Origin: a virus
DNA: 43,464 nucleotides
Virus record (IMG/VR): IMGVR_UViG_3300021061_000011
Coordinates: 1 to 43,464 of that record
Reading direction: 5' to 3' (one strand)
Positions 16,557-23,692 of this stretch are shown here, piece after piece. The notes under the pieces were generated by a model, which saw only the letters and a program-made list of their open reading frames with translations, searched no databases and was not told the DNA's origin. Each line of letters begins with the position of its first letter. Position 1 is the stretch's first letter. The position numbers were made by a program, and so were the translations under genes.

Positions 16557-16822
16557 TTCGTCACCTCTCTGATTGCCTCATCGATGGTTCGGACGACGGG
16601 CCACGGGATGTCCGCCTGATTCGCCGTGCGCTGGCCCTTGCCGGTCTTGATCTCCAACGGCAAATAGCGCCCGCGAAACCGCGTCAGCACGTCGGGGTTC
16701 CCGGTGCCGCCGATGTGCCAGCATTCGACCCCGATCTGGCGCAGCGCCGCGACGATCGGCCCCTCGGCCGTATCGCGCTTGCCGCCGCCCGCTCGACGCC
16801 GATAGCTCATTGGTCGGTCCAC
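16553..16822 (-). CDS. VRR-NUC-type (PD-(D/E)xK) nuclease
   Basis: GNPDVL...YLPLEIKTGKGQRTANQ gives the D...E-x-K signature. The start is possibly ATG 16810. Confidence 0.6.
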   Translation of the reverse strand: MDRPMSYRRRAGGGKRDTAEGPIVAALRQIGVECWHIGGTGNPDVLTRFRGRYLPLEIKTGKGQRTANQADIPWPVVRTIDEAIREVTK

Positions 16823-16841
16823 GCCTCTCGGGTGTGGCGGC

Positions 16842-17033
16842 TCATTGGGTGCGTCCTCGTCGCCCTGGGGCCTGACGGGTGGGTTCGATGCGTTCGTAGG
16901 CTACTGAGCGCCACTCGCCGCCCAAGTGACGCTTCCGGAGCGCCTGAATACGCTTGGCATCGTCGGCATCGTGACAAATGGTCATCGGCCACCACTGATG
17001 ACTCTTCTTGAGCTCCACCACCCAGATCCGCAT
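16842..17033 (-). CDS. 63-aa hypothetical protein
   Basis: MRIWVVELKKSHQWWPMTICHDADDAKRIQALRKRH... Confidence 0.6.
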   Translation of the reverse strand: MRIWVVELKKSHQWWPMTICHDADDAKRIQALRKRHLGGEWRSVAYERIEPTRQAPGRRGRTQ

Positions 17034-17060
17034 CGCCTGTCCCCTTTCGTGCCTCCCGGC

Positions 17061-17261
17061 CTACTTTTGGACCGGCCCGATCTCTGACCCGTCGCGGAGC
17101 GGACGCGTTCCGTGCCACTCGCCCCACCGACCGCGCGCCGCCTTGACCGCACTCGCGCGACGCTCTTCCGGCGTCAAGGCGTCACGACGCCGCTTCCCGC
17201 CGATCTGCCCGCCGCGCCGCCCCATCTCACGCATGCACGCCCGCATCTCTTCGTCAGTCAT
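17061..17261 (-). CDS. 66-aa basic hypothetical protein
   Basis: GAAGGAAG SD 6 nt upstream. Translation MTDEEMRACMREMGRRGGQIGGKRRRDALTPEERR... Confidence 0.65.
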   Translation of the reverse strand: MTDEEMRACMREMGRRGGQIGGKRRRDALTPEERRASAVKAARGRWGEWHGTRPLRDGSEIGPVQK

Positions 17262-17558
17262 GTTAGACTTCCTTCAGCACACCCGCCCGGCCTCTGCCCC
17301 ACAAGGGCACGCTCACTGTGGCGGGTATTTTTGTGCCCGTGCCGCTCTCATCCCACCCTCCGATAGACCGACCGTGTCGTACCCGAGCGGTAGCTCCCCG
17401 ATGTGCTCGGGGTCCCCCGCTTCACTCCTTGAAGCGATCCCGGCCTCCACCATGAAGGCCATCGAGGAAGCTACCGCTCATCTCCACGAACGTCCCAGAC
17501 CACCTGATACTCCGCCTCCCGCTGGCGATCGATCGTCAGCGTGCGCGTCATGGGTGGT

Positions 17559-17666
17559 TCACTCCACTTCGTCGAGCACGGCGGCAATCTGACCGACCTT
17601 CGCCGCCTCTGGCAGTCGCATCCGGATAATCGCGCGAATCTCGGCAATCGCTTCTTGTGCTGTCAT
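17559..17666 (-). CDS. 35-aa hypothetical mini-protein
   Basis: MTAQEAIAEIRAIIRMRLPEAAKVGQIAAVLDEVE. A degenerate CGAGGGGAGACACCG motif precedes it. Confidence 0.4.
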   Translation of the reverse strand: MTAQEAIAEIRAIIRMRLPEAAKVGQIAAVLDEVE

Positions 17667-17696
17667 ACGCGGTGTCTCCCCTCGCCTCCCCTGCAC

Positions 17697-17978
17697 TTAG
17701 CCTTCTGTGGCTTTCCTGATGGCCGCCCGAAGGCGATCCGTCGCGCCGGGTGACAATTTGCCCTGGAACCGATCCACACAATCCGCCGCGAGTTCGCAGG
17801 CATGCAGGAGATCCGGCGCCGCCGCGATTAGGCGCGCATTCGCTTCCATAAGCGGCCACCCGCCCGCACGAAACGCATCACGCGTGGAGGCGTTCGCCAC
17901 CCTCAGCCCACTCGCCGCCACCACGAATCCCGGATAATCGGCGTGATTGTCTGTCCACGGTCCCGGCGTGTGCTTCAT
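17697..17978 (-). CDS. HTPGPW / ANARLIAAAPDLL-motif phage protein, paralog 1
   Basis: MKHTPGPW...EANARLIAAAPDLLHACE. It shares both motifs with 21621..21947. Confidence 0.8.
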   Translation of the reverse strand: MKHTPGPWTDNHADYPGFVVAASGLRVANASTRDAFRAGGWPLMEANARLIAAAPDLLHACELAADCVDRFQGKLSPGATDRLRAAIRKATEG

Positions 17979-18031
17979 CTTGTGTTCCTTCCTTCACTCC
18001 TGCCCCCTCGGGCGCTCAGCGGAGGGCGCGA

Positions 18032-18373
18032 TCAGCCGGCACGCCTCGTGGCGTCCATTTGGGTCCGTTGATGGCACCGCCACTTGCCATCCGTGCATTC
18101 CGGGGTGTGCGGACAGGTCCACTGAAAGTCGCGCCGCCGTTCACTCACCCGCCGCTCGTCGAGCCACCGCTCACCGTTCAACCAGGACGCGGGATACGGG
18201 ATGTATTGCCCGTCGTCCCGTAACCAGCTCTCCTGCGTCACCTGCCACGCGAGCGCGGCCAGGATCTGTTCCACCAGCGCGGGCGACGGCTGCAGCTTCT
18301 GCCACGCGAGTTCCGCTTTCTTGCGGGCGACGCGCTTGGGGTAGGCGTTCCAGAAGCGGGCAAAGTCGCTCAT
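18032..18373 (-). CDS. 113-aa conserved-looking phage protein (FWxxYPKR motif)
   Basis: MSDFARFWNAYPKRVARKKAELAWQKL... The ORF's N-terminal extension to 18406 is not protein-like. Confidence 0.65.
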   Translation of the reverse strand: MSDFARFWNAYPKRVARKKAELAWQKLQPSPALVEQILAALAWQVTQESWLRDDGQYIPYPASWLNGERWLDERRVSERRRDFQWTCPHTPECTDGKWRCHQRTQMDATRRAG

Positions 18374-18378
18374 CGGGG

Positions 18379-18594
18379 CTACTCCCGCCGCGGTGCGCGG
18401 TACCACAGTCCGGGTTTCGGTTTCCGCGCTTCGATAGACTCACGCACGCGGGCTTGCACACGCTCCAGCGTGGGCCGCACCTGCTCTTGCAGTTCGCCGA
18501 TCGGCTTGAGCAGTTCCGCATCCGTCAAGATGACTTCCACCATGATCGACGGCTGCCAGCTGGCATCCTCTTGGTAGACAAGAAAGAGCTTCAT
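18379..18594 (-). CDS. 71-aa hypothetical protein
   Basis: MKLFLVYQEDASWQPSIMVEVILTDAELLKPIGELQEQ... Confidence 0.65.
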   Translation of the reverse strand: MKLFLVYQEDASWQPSIMVEVILTDAELLKPIGELQEQVRPTLERVQARVRESIEARKPKPGLWYRAPRRE

Positions 18595-19241
18595 GAACGG
18601 CGCTCCGCGACAATCTGCGAGGCCGCCTGCCAGATGCGGAGGCGGAACGTGTCGATAACGACTTCCGCAGACGAGTCATCTTCCAATAAATGCTGCGCCA
18701 TACCACCCGGTTCCGATAGGTCGTCGAAGAGATCGTGCGCCGCCTGATAGATGCGGCACCCAGGGCACGAGCACTCAGGCTCATACGGACCGTGTAGAGG
18801 GCCGCCCATAAGTTCCCGCGTCCAGCGTGGAGTGAGCGGATCGGGATCGGGCAACCGCTCGACCTCGGATAACGGGACCGGTTTCATCACGCGGGTGAAG
18901 ACCTGAGCCGCCTTCTCGTGGGCCTCGGGAATCGGCACGTGAGGAATCCCGATCAGCGCGCGGGCTTCTCCCAGTAACCGATCGCCCTCTGGATTGGCTT
19001 GGAACTCGTCGAGATAGTCGACGAGTCTCCCAATCATGGTTCTGAGCTGCGCCGCTTCATCGACCATGCTGACGATCGCCGCATCGAGTTCTGCCGCACA
19101 CCGTCGCGCAATCGACGCCATCGCATGGTCATTCCAGCGCACCATGCAGTCCTGCGCGACAGACCGCCATTGTGGTGGCAGCTCACGCAAACGCTCAAGA
19201 CTACGTGACGGGTGTCTGGCCTCTTCTTGGTTAACACTCAT
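18591..19241 (-). CDS. 216-aa hypothetical protein
   Basis: Starts MSVNQEEARHPSRS at an ATGA overlap. The upstream extension to 19403 is not protein-like. Confidence 0.65.
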   Translation of the reverse strand: MSVNQEEARHPSRSLERLRELPPQWRSVAQDCMVRWNDHAMASIARRCAAELDAAIVSMVDEAAQLRTMIGRLVDYLDEFQANPEGDRLLGEARALIGIPHVPIPEAHEKAAQVFTRVMKPVPLSEVERLPDPDPLTPRWTRELMGGPLHGPYEPECSCPGCRIYQAAHDLFDDLSEPGGMAQHLLEDDSSAEVVIDTFRLRIWQAASQIVAERRS

Positions 19242-19567
19242 GCTCGACTCGCTTTCCGGCGCTTCGCCGCACTGTTCAACGACCGCACGGCCCAGTAATC
19301 GACGTGGGCACGGAATGAGCAATACGGGCACCACTGATAGTTGCCATCGCGGGTCCATCGCAGTGGGCGATTCCCTTTCGGCACGCGCGCCCAGCACCGA
19401 CACGCCTTATCGCTGCAGACGAAATATGCCCGTCGTCGGCACTTTGGACACGTCATGCTCAACTCGCTTTCAAACTGAGTGTCCCGAGTCTCCCCGTTCG
19501 GGACCGACGGGCCGAGCACGCCGCGGTCAGGCTGGTCAGGCCGTACGCGACGAGCGGAGTTCGTCAT
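19238..19567 (-). CDS. Zinc-ribbon protein; first gene after the large non-coding region
   Basis: MTCPKCRRRAYFVCSDKACRCW...WCPYCSF. The start is either ATG 19567 or ATG 19456. Confidence 0.65.
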   Translation of the reverse strand: MTNSARRVRPDQPDRGVLGPSVPNGETRDTQFESELSMTCPKCRRRAYFVCSDKACRCWARVPKGNRPLRWTRDGNYQWCPYCSFRAHVDYWAVRSLNSAAKRRKASRA

Positions 19568-20082
19568 TTTTGAAATTCAGATACACGTTGCCCCTGTCCC
19601 CTCGCTCCCTCACTCTCTCCCTCTGGGGCAAGTAGATCAGGGCTCTTTCTCAAACACCCCGAACCCTACTTGCCTGAAGCCGAGCGCTAGAAAACCGCGC
19701 GCTCGTCTTGCCCCGTCGGTCGGTCGTTTCGGTCGGTCGGAAACCGTTAGCCGTCTTCTCAGCCGCACTTTACGCAGGAGACCGCCTGCGCCCCACCACC
19801 CGCGTCACCACCGGGTCCCGTGTCTGAGAATCCGGGTGCGCTCGTTCAACCGGCTATCCCGGCCTTCAAGCGCACAACGGAGCCGCTGAGAATCGCGTGC
19901 GGCTAGCGCGAACGTTTGCCGTCTGTCAAGTTGTCGGGAGTGATACGATTCACGTAGGCTCTTCGCCTGTGTGGGCAACCGCGCCTAGCTGTGTCAGTTC
20001 CTCTACCCGAGCCTGCCGCACTGGGAGTGCGGGCCATTCGGACGCGGCAAACGTCCGAGTGGTGCCCACACTCTACCACACC
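19568..20082. promoter_or_regulatory. 515-bp non-coding region with hairpins and short direct repeats
   Basis: No protein-like ORF in either strand. Hairpins at 20016-20032 and 20039-20057. GGTCGGTCG twice (19714-19740). CTGAGAATC twice (19824, 19886). Minus-strand TTGACA at 19924-19929. Confidence 0.6.
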
Positions 20083-20463
20083 TCATCCGCGTTTCTCCTC
20101 TGAAATCTCGCGTTTGTAGAGCGCCCACAACGTCCGATACGAAAACTGCTGGTGTCCCCACGACTGCTTCACCGTGCCCGCCGGAATGATCGGCATCGGC
20201 TCGCCCTTCTCCCGTGCCCGCTTCAAGATTCCGCCTCTGATGCTGTTGATGCTCGAGAGTCCACATCCGAGGTACTTCGCCGCCTGATGGTCCGTGAGCT
20301 TCCCGTGCTGCCTCAACAGGGCGATGTAGCTCGCCGTCTTCTGCTGCCGATCCACTCGCGCCGCTCGCGCCCCACTGAGGCTCGCCTGCCGGGACTCGGG
20401 CGTCTTCCCGTTCACAAACGTGTCGGGCTCCCCGAGGGGATCAAAGAGCGGCAGAGACGCCAT
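20083..20463 (-). CDS. 126-aa HTH DNA-binding protein
   Basis: LTDHQAAKYLGCGLSSINSIRGGILKRAREKG is helix-turn-helix-like. Confidence 0.65.
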   Translation of the reverse strand: MASLPLFDPLGEPDTFVNGKTPESRQASLSGARAARVDRQQKTASYIALLRQHGKLTDHQAAKYLGCGLSSINSIRGGILKRAREKGEPMPIIPAGTVKQSWGHQQFSYRTLWALYKREISEEKRG

Positions 20464-20468
20464 CGGGT

Positions 20469-20666
20469 CTACCGCTCCTCCCTGATCAGCGACCGACGCT
20501 CCCCTCGGGTATACGCAATGAAGGCTGCACTCAAGGCCGGGATCTGCGTGAACCGATCCGGCTTCCCTTCGATCTTCAGCACATGCCCGCGTCGGAGACC
20601 TGGCGTATCTGGAATCGCGTGGAGTTCCAGAATCGCGATCCGACGGGCGTGCTCGCGGGGCGTCAC
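20469..20666 (-). CDS. 65-aa hypothetical protein
   Basis: GTG start in a GTGA overlap. Translation MTPREHARRIAILELHAIPDTPGLRRGHVLKIEG... Confidence 0.6.
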   Translation of the reverse strand: MTPREHARRIAILELHAIPDTPGLRRGHVLKIEGKPDRFTQIPALSAAFIAYTRGERRSLIREER

Positions 20667-20842
20667 TTGGTCACCTCCGCTCGCCGGATGGCGATCGACG
20701 GAATCAGCGCGTCTTCAATCCGCTTCGCGCAGTCATCGCAGACTTGCAGCTTGTAGTTCCGCAGCGTGCCCACATCGAAGGACGCCTGACTGACGCGCCA
20801 TGAGTCACGCTCGCGCTGGCACACCTGACACCGTGTCGCCAT
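20663..20842 (-). CDS. 59-aa zinc-ribbon protein
   Basis: MATRCQVCQRERD...LQVCDDCAKRIE (two CxxC). The ATG directly follows the upstream TAA. One codion short of the ORF-track cutoff. Confidence 0.55.
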   Translation of the reverse strand: MATRCQVCQRERDSWRVSQASFDVGTLRNYKLQVCDDCAKRIEDALIPSIAIRRAEVTK

Positions 20843-21631
20843 TTACCGCGCCTCCTCTCCAGAGGACGCCGAGACCGGGGGATCAACCTTGAAGCCTTGA
20901 CGCTGCAGCGCCTCGATCACGTCGCTCGCGCTCATCGCGAGTTCACCGATAAACCCCGACATCGGATCCTCTATGCGCACGGCCTCGACACCAGTCAGGT
21001 CAATCGTGATTTCCAAGGGAGCCTGCGCGGGGCGCGCGGGCGCCGATCCCAGCGCGGCACGCTCTAGGGCATCGATCATCAGCGTCAGACACTTGGCGTC
21101 GTTGGCTGTGACGGACAATGTCTCCTGCAACGCCCACGCTTCCGCTTCAAGCCGGCACGACGCCGATCGAATGGGCAGACACCATCCGTCCTCGTTGCCG
21201 TGCCCGCAGCAAGAGCCACACGCGTAGCTAGGCTCGCCGTCGGGGACCTCATAGAGACCGAAGCACGCGGCAGGCTTTCCGCACATCGCGCACGTCGGCG
21301 GCTCCCTCCGCTCAGGGAGGGGCGCTGGGGTCCCCTCATTCCACACGTCTTTCCACGAGCCACACATCAGCTTGTGACTGCCGTCATGACCTCGCCACCG
21401 ACCACAGCGTCCTCGCCCGTCGGGATGTTCTGCATCACACCTTCGGCGCGGCGGCTTTTCCTCCTCGGAGGCGCCCGCACGGAGGGCCGCTTGGATACGC
21501 GCGATCTCTCTGTGGATGCGCGCGATCTCGTCGTGCTCAGCCTTCCGCGTCGCGTAACATCCCCATCCGTTGACCGCGAAACGGCACACCGTCAATGCCT
21601 CTTGGGCCAGTTCGGACGGGCTACCGGACAT
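20843..21631 (-). CDS. 262-aa Cys-rich hypothetical protein
   Basis: TCAMCGKPAACFG...YACGSCCGHGNEDGWC cluster. Protein-like throughout. Confidence 0.7.
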   Translation of the reverse strand: MSGSPSELAQEALTVCRFAVNGWGCYATRKAEHDEIARIHREIARIQAALRAGASEEEKPPRRRCDAEHPDGRGRCGRWRGHDGSHKLMCGSWKDVWNEGTPAPLPERREPPTCAMCGKPAACFGLYEVPDGEPSYACGSCCGHGNEDGWCLPIRSASCRLEAEAWALQETLSVTANDAKCLTLMIDALERAALGSAPARPAQAPLEITIDLTGVEAVRIEDPMSGFIGELAMSASDVIEALQRQGFKVDPPVSASSGEEAR

Positions 21632-21947
21632 CGGATCCCTCGGCTTTCTGCAGGGCTGTCAACGCAGCATTGAAGTAGCCGTCGTACTTGGGATTCGTGA
21701 GGTCGCGCTTACCGATCTCAATGATCCCGCGTAGGGCTTCGAGCAGATCCGGTGCCGCCGCGATCAATCTCGCGTTCGCGCGCATCTCCTCTGGAGACAT
21801 CTCAATGCCTCGGATGCGAACAATCGGAGCCGCGATACCGGCAATTCCTGCGTCGTCGGTGACCAGCGCGCTAAACGGATCCGCGCGGTCCCAGAACTTC
21901 CACGGTCCCGGTGTGTGCTTGGTCGTCTCGCCGTCTCTCCTCGTCAT
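21621..21947 (-). CDS. HTPGPW / ANARLIAAAPDLL-motif phage protein, paralog 2
   Basis: TKHTPGPWKFW...RANARLIAAAPDLLEALR. Confidence 0.8.
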   Translation of the reverse strand: MTRRDGETTKHTPGPWKFWDRADPFSALVTDDAGIAGIAAPIVRIRGIEMSPEEMRANARLIAAAPDLLEALRGIIEIGKRDLTNPKYDGYFNAALTALQKAEGSDVR

Positions 21948-22005
21948 CGGGCTCCCTCTCTCTCCTCGTGTCCAGGGGACTGATCACGGCATCCCGTGAG
22001 TCCCC

Positions 22006-22025
22006 CTCTCCGGTGTCCCCTCGAC
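22006..22025 (-). repeat. Gene-junction motif, copy A (minus strand GTCGAGGGGACACCGGAGAG)
   Basis: Plus strand reads ctctccggtgtcccctcgac. It abuts the TAG at 22026-22028. Confidence 0.8.
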
Positions 22026-22226
22026 CTATTCCCCGACCGCTGTCGGTGCGAACGCGCGTCGCATCCTGGACAGCCAGTCCTCACACCACTGCACCGCCAG
22101 CGCGCTGGCCTGATTCGTCGCCGGAGTGTCGCCCTGACGAATCGCCGCAAAGAAGGCTTCCGCCGGACGACTCGAGTTCGGCTGCAACGCCTCGCCCCAA
22201 CTCGGTATACGCACAGCCGCGCGCAT
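22026..22226 (-). CDS. C-terminal continuation, in the +1 frame, of the pentapeptide-repeat protein
   Basis: EALQPNSSRPAEAFFAAIRQGDTPATNQASALAVQWCEDWLSRM has G/C-rich third positions and is protein-like. The frame of 22081..22536 loses both properties over the same bases. Confidence 0.45.
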   Translation of the reverse strand: MRAAVRIPSWGEALQPNSSRPAEAFFAAIRQGDTPATNQASALAVQWCEDWLSRMRRAFAPTAVGE

Positions 22227-22536
22227 TCGCGATCGTGCCCACCAAGCACGCACACGGCCCTCCGTAACACGAGCCATCCACTTCGCCCGCCTTCAGCTTG
22301 GCGATCAATGTTGGCACTTCGGCGGGGGCTCCCGAGAGCACCGCCCATACGTCATCGCGGACTGGCGTGAGGTCCGCGCCACCGAGGTTCGCGCCATAGA
22401 GGTTCGCGTCACGGAGGTCCGCGCCACGGAGGTTCGCGCTCGCCTTGATGGCCTCACGCACCGCGTCCTGCATCGTCTCGGCCTCGCCGCTCCAGATCAC
22501 GGCGCCATTCCATCGATTGAGAATCTGTCGTGTCAT
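22081..22536 (-). CDS. Pentapeptide-repeat protein (N-terminal frame)
   Basis: MTRQILNRW...ANLRGADLRDANLYGANLGGADL, then GSCYGGPCACLVGTIANARGC. ATG 22536 lies 4 nt after motif copy B. Confidence 0.7.
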   Translation of the reverse strand: MTRQILNRWNGAVIWSGEAETMQDAVREAIKASANLRGADLRDANLYGANLGGADLTPVRDDVWAVLSGAPAEVPTLIAKLKAGEVDGSCYGGPCACLVGTIANARGCAYTELGRGVAAELESSGGSLLCGDSSGRHSGDESGQRAGGAVV

Positions 22537-22540
22537 GTCC

Positions 22541-22558
22541 CTCTCCGGTGTCCCCTCG
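22541..22558 (-). repeat. Gene-junction motif, copy B
   Basis: Plus strand reads ctctccggtgtcccctcg. It lies between TAA 22560 and ATG 22536. Confidence 0.8.
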
Positions 22559-22559
22559 G

Positions 22560-23336
22560 TTAACTGGCCACAGGCACCAAGTCCAGCCACTGACACCCCG
22601 GCGCCTGCATGTCGATCAGAATCTGCACCACCCACTCCGCATAGTCGGCGAGCACGCGGTCACGCGTGCGAGCGTCGGCGGCGGAGGCGTCGGCGGCGGC
22701 GTCGGCGACGTCGGCGGCGGCGTAGGCGGCGGCGGCGTCGGCGACGTCGGCGGCGGAGGCGGAGGCGGAGGCGGCGGCGGCGAAGTAGGCGGCGTCGGCG
22801 GCGGCGGAGGCGGCGTAGGCGGCGTCGTAGGCGGCGTCGTAGGCGGCGGCGGCGGCGCTGGACCGAGCGGCGTAGGCACGCGCTACCGTCCGCGCGTGCT
22901 CGCACGCCTCGCGCGTGCCGTCCTGCTCGCACCGCACCGCCGCCGCTTCCAGCGCCTTCGCGTGCTTCGGATTCCGCCCAGCGGCAGCCCTGAGTCCCAC
23001 CGGCACCGCACGACGAATCGTCATGTCCACGACGCGACGGACAAACTCGGCCTCGTCGAGCACGCCACGGCTCCCGAGCATCGCGATCCCAATACGCGCC
23101 ATCCCACGCGCCCGCGCTGTCGGCGACGACCAAACGGCGTCATTCAGGCGAATCTGCAAGTCCCGCCCCGCCGCAATCTCACACTGCGGATCGTCCCCGT
23201 GCGGCAGACCCAGGACGTAACACTTCAGCGCTTCGAGACACATTTCTCCAGGCTCCGGCTCGCCCAGTCCACACACCAACCCGCGCCCCAACAACTCGAC
23301 CACCGTCTCCGCGTGCTCTCGGCGAATCTCCATCAC
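22560..23336 (-). CDS. 258-aa protein with Ala/Asp/Tyr low-complexity tract
   Basis: The N-terminal half is protein-like (GEMCLEALKCYVLGLPHGDDPQC). The tract AAYDAAYDAAYAASAAADAAYFAAAASASASAADVADAAAAYAAADVADAAADASAAD follows. The likely start is ATG 23333. Confidence 0.75.
   Translation of the reverse strand: MMEIRREHAETVVELLGRGLVCGLGEPEPGEMCLEALKCYVLGLPHGDDPQCEIAAGRDLQIRLNDAVWSSPTARARGMARIGIAMLGSRGVLDEAEFVRRVVDMTIRRAVPVGLRAAAGRNPKHAKALEAAAVRCEQDGTREACEHARTVARAYAARSSAAAAAYDAAYDAAYAASAAADAAYFAAAASASASAADVADAAAAYAAADVADAAADASAADARTRDRVLADYAEWVVQILIDMQAPGCQWLDLVPVAS
22682..22858 (-). repeat. Imperfect GCN triplet-repeat tract
   Basis: About 175 nt of ggc/gtc/gta/gag triplet units on the plus strand. 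It includes an exact 26-nt duplication ggcggcgtcggcgacgtcggcggcgg. Confidence 0.85.
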
Positions 23337-23342
23337 CCCCTC

Positions 23343-23362
23343 CTCTCCGGTGTCCCCTCGAC
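23343..23362 (-). repeat. Gene-junction motif, copy C
   Basis: Plus strand reads ctctccggtgtcccctcgac. It lies between TGA 23373 and the start at 23333/23336. Confidence 0.8.
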
Positions 23363-23372
23363 ACCCCGCCCG

Positions 23373-23489
23373 TCAGAGTTCCTGTTCGACTTCGTGCATG
23401 ACTGGGCTCACGATGGTGTCCCCCAGGTTCACGCGCACATGCTCCGCGGCGTGATGAAAGGGCGTGATTTCTCGACGACGAAGCGTCAC
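23373..23489 (-). CDS. 38-aa hypothetical mini-protein
   Basis: GTG in a GTGA overlap. Translation VTLRRREITPFHHAAEHVRVNLGDTIVSPVMHEVEQEL. Confidence 0.35.
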   Translation of the reverse strand: MTLRRREITPFHHAAEHVRVNLGDTIVSPVMHEVEQEL

Positions 23490-23692
23490 GCGATCCCGCT
23501 TTCTGCACGGCGCCGCCGGAACTCCGCGCACGCGTGTCGCTCGTCACGGATCACCTTTAGGAGCGCGTCCATCTCCTGTCGCGGCCATCGGACGCCCACG
23601 ATCCGCTTCAGATCGTTCAAACGGCACGCGAGGTTCTCGAGATGCGCCAGCCGCCGTTCTTGAGTGACGAGCGGGTCGGCCTGGCCTCTCAT
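23486..23692 (-). CDS. 68-aa hypothetical protein
   Basis: MRGQADPLVTQERRLAHLENLACRLNDLKRIVG... The SD is supplied by the 23-bp junction repeat. Confidence 0.65.
   Translation of the reverse strand: MRGQADPLVTQERRLAHLENLACRLNDLKRIVGVRWPRQEMDALLKVIRDERHACAEFRRRRAESGIA

Noticed and set aside
17307-17551. Two further mini-ORFs, of 26 aa (17471-17551) and 49 aa (17313-17462), in the gap between 17261 and 17559.
   Set aside because: Third positions are only moderately G/C-rich. There is no convincing SD or overlap coupling and no motif. The region may instead be non-coding, so they are not listed as features.
19897-20103. A 68-codon plus-strand ORF (and 19479..19889) inside the non-coding island.
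   Set aside because: The translations are Ser/Arg/Pro-rich and not protein-like. No SD is present, and the orientation is opposite to all neighbouring genes.
22682-22858. The repetitive tract as a CRISPR array or non-coding microsatellite.
   Set aside because: The period is 3 nt with no repeat-spacer structure. It is in frame within a 258-codon gene.
22445-23663. Poly-Arg (RRRRRR...) and poly-Gly/Val ORFs on the plus strand, and PPPPTPP / RRLRR ORFs on the minus strand.
   Set aside because: All are alternative frames of the GCN triplet tract. Only the Ala/Asp/Tyr frame is continuous with protein-like N- and C-terminal domains and with a start next to a junction motif and SD.
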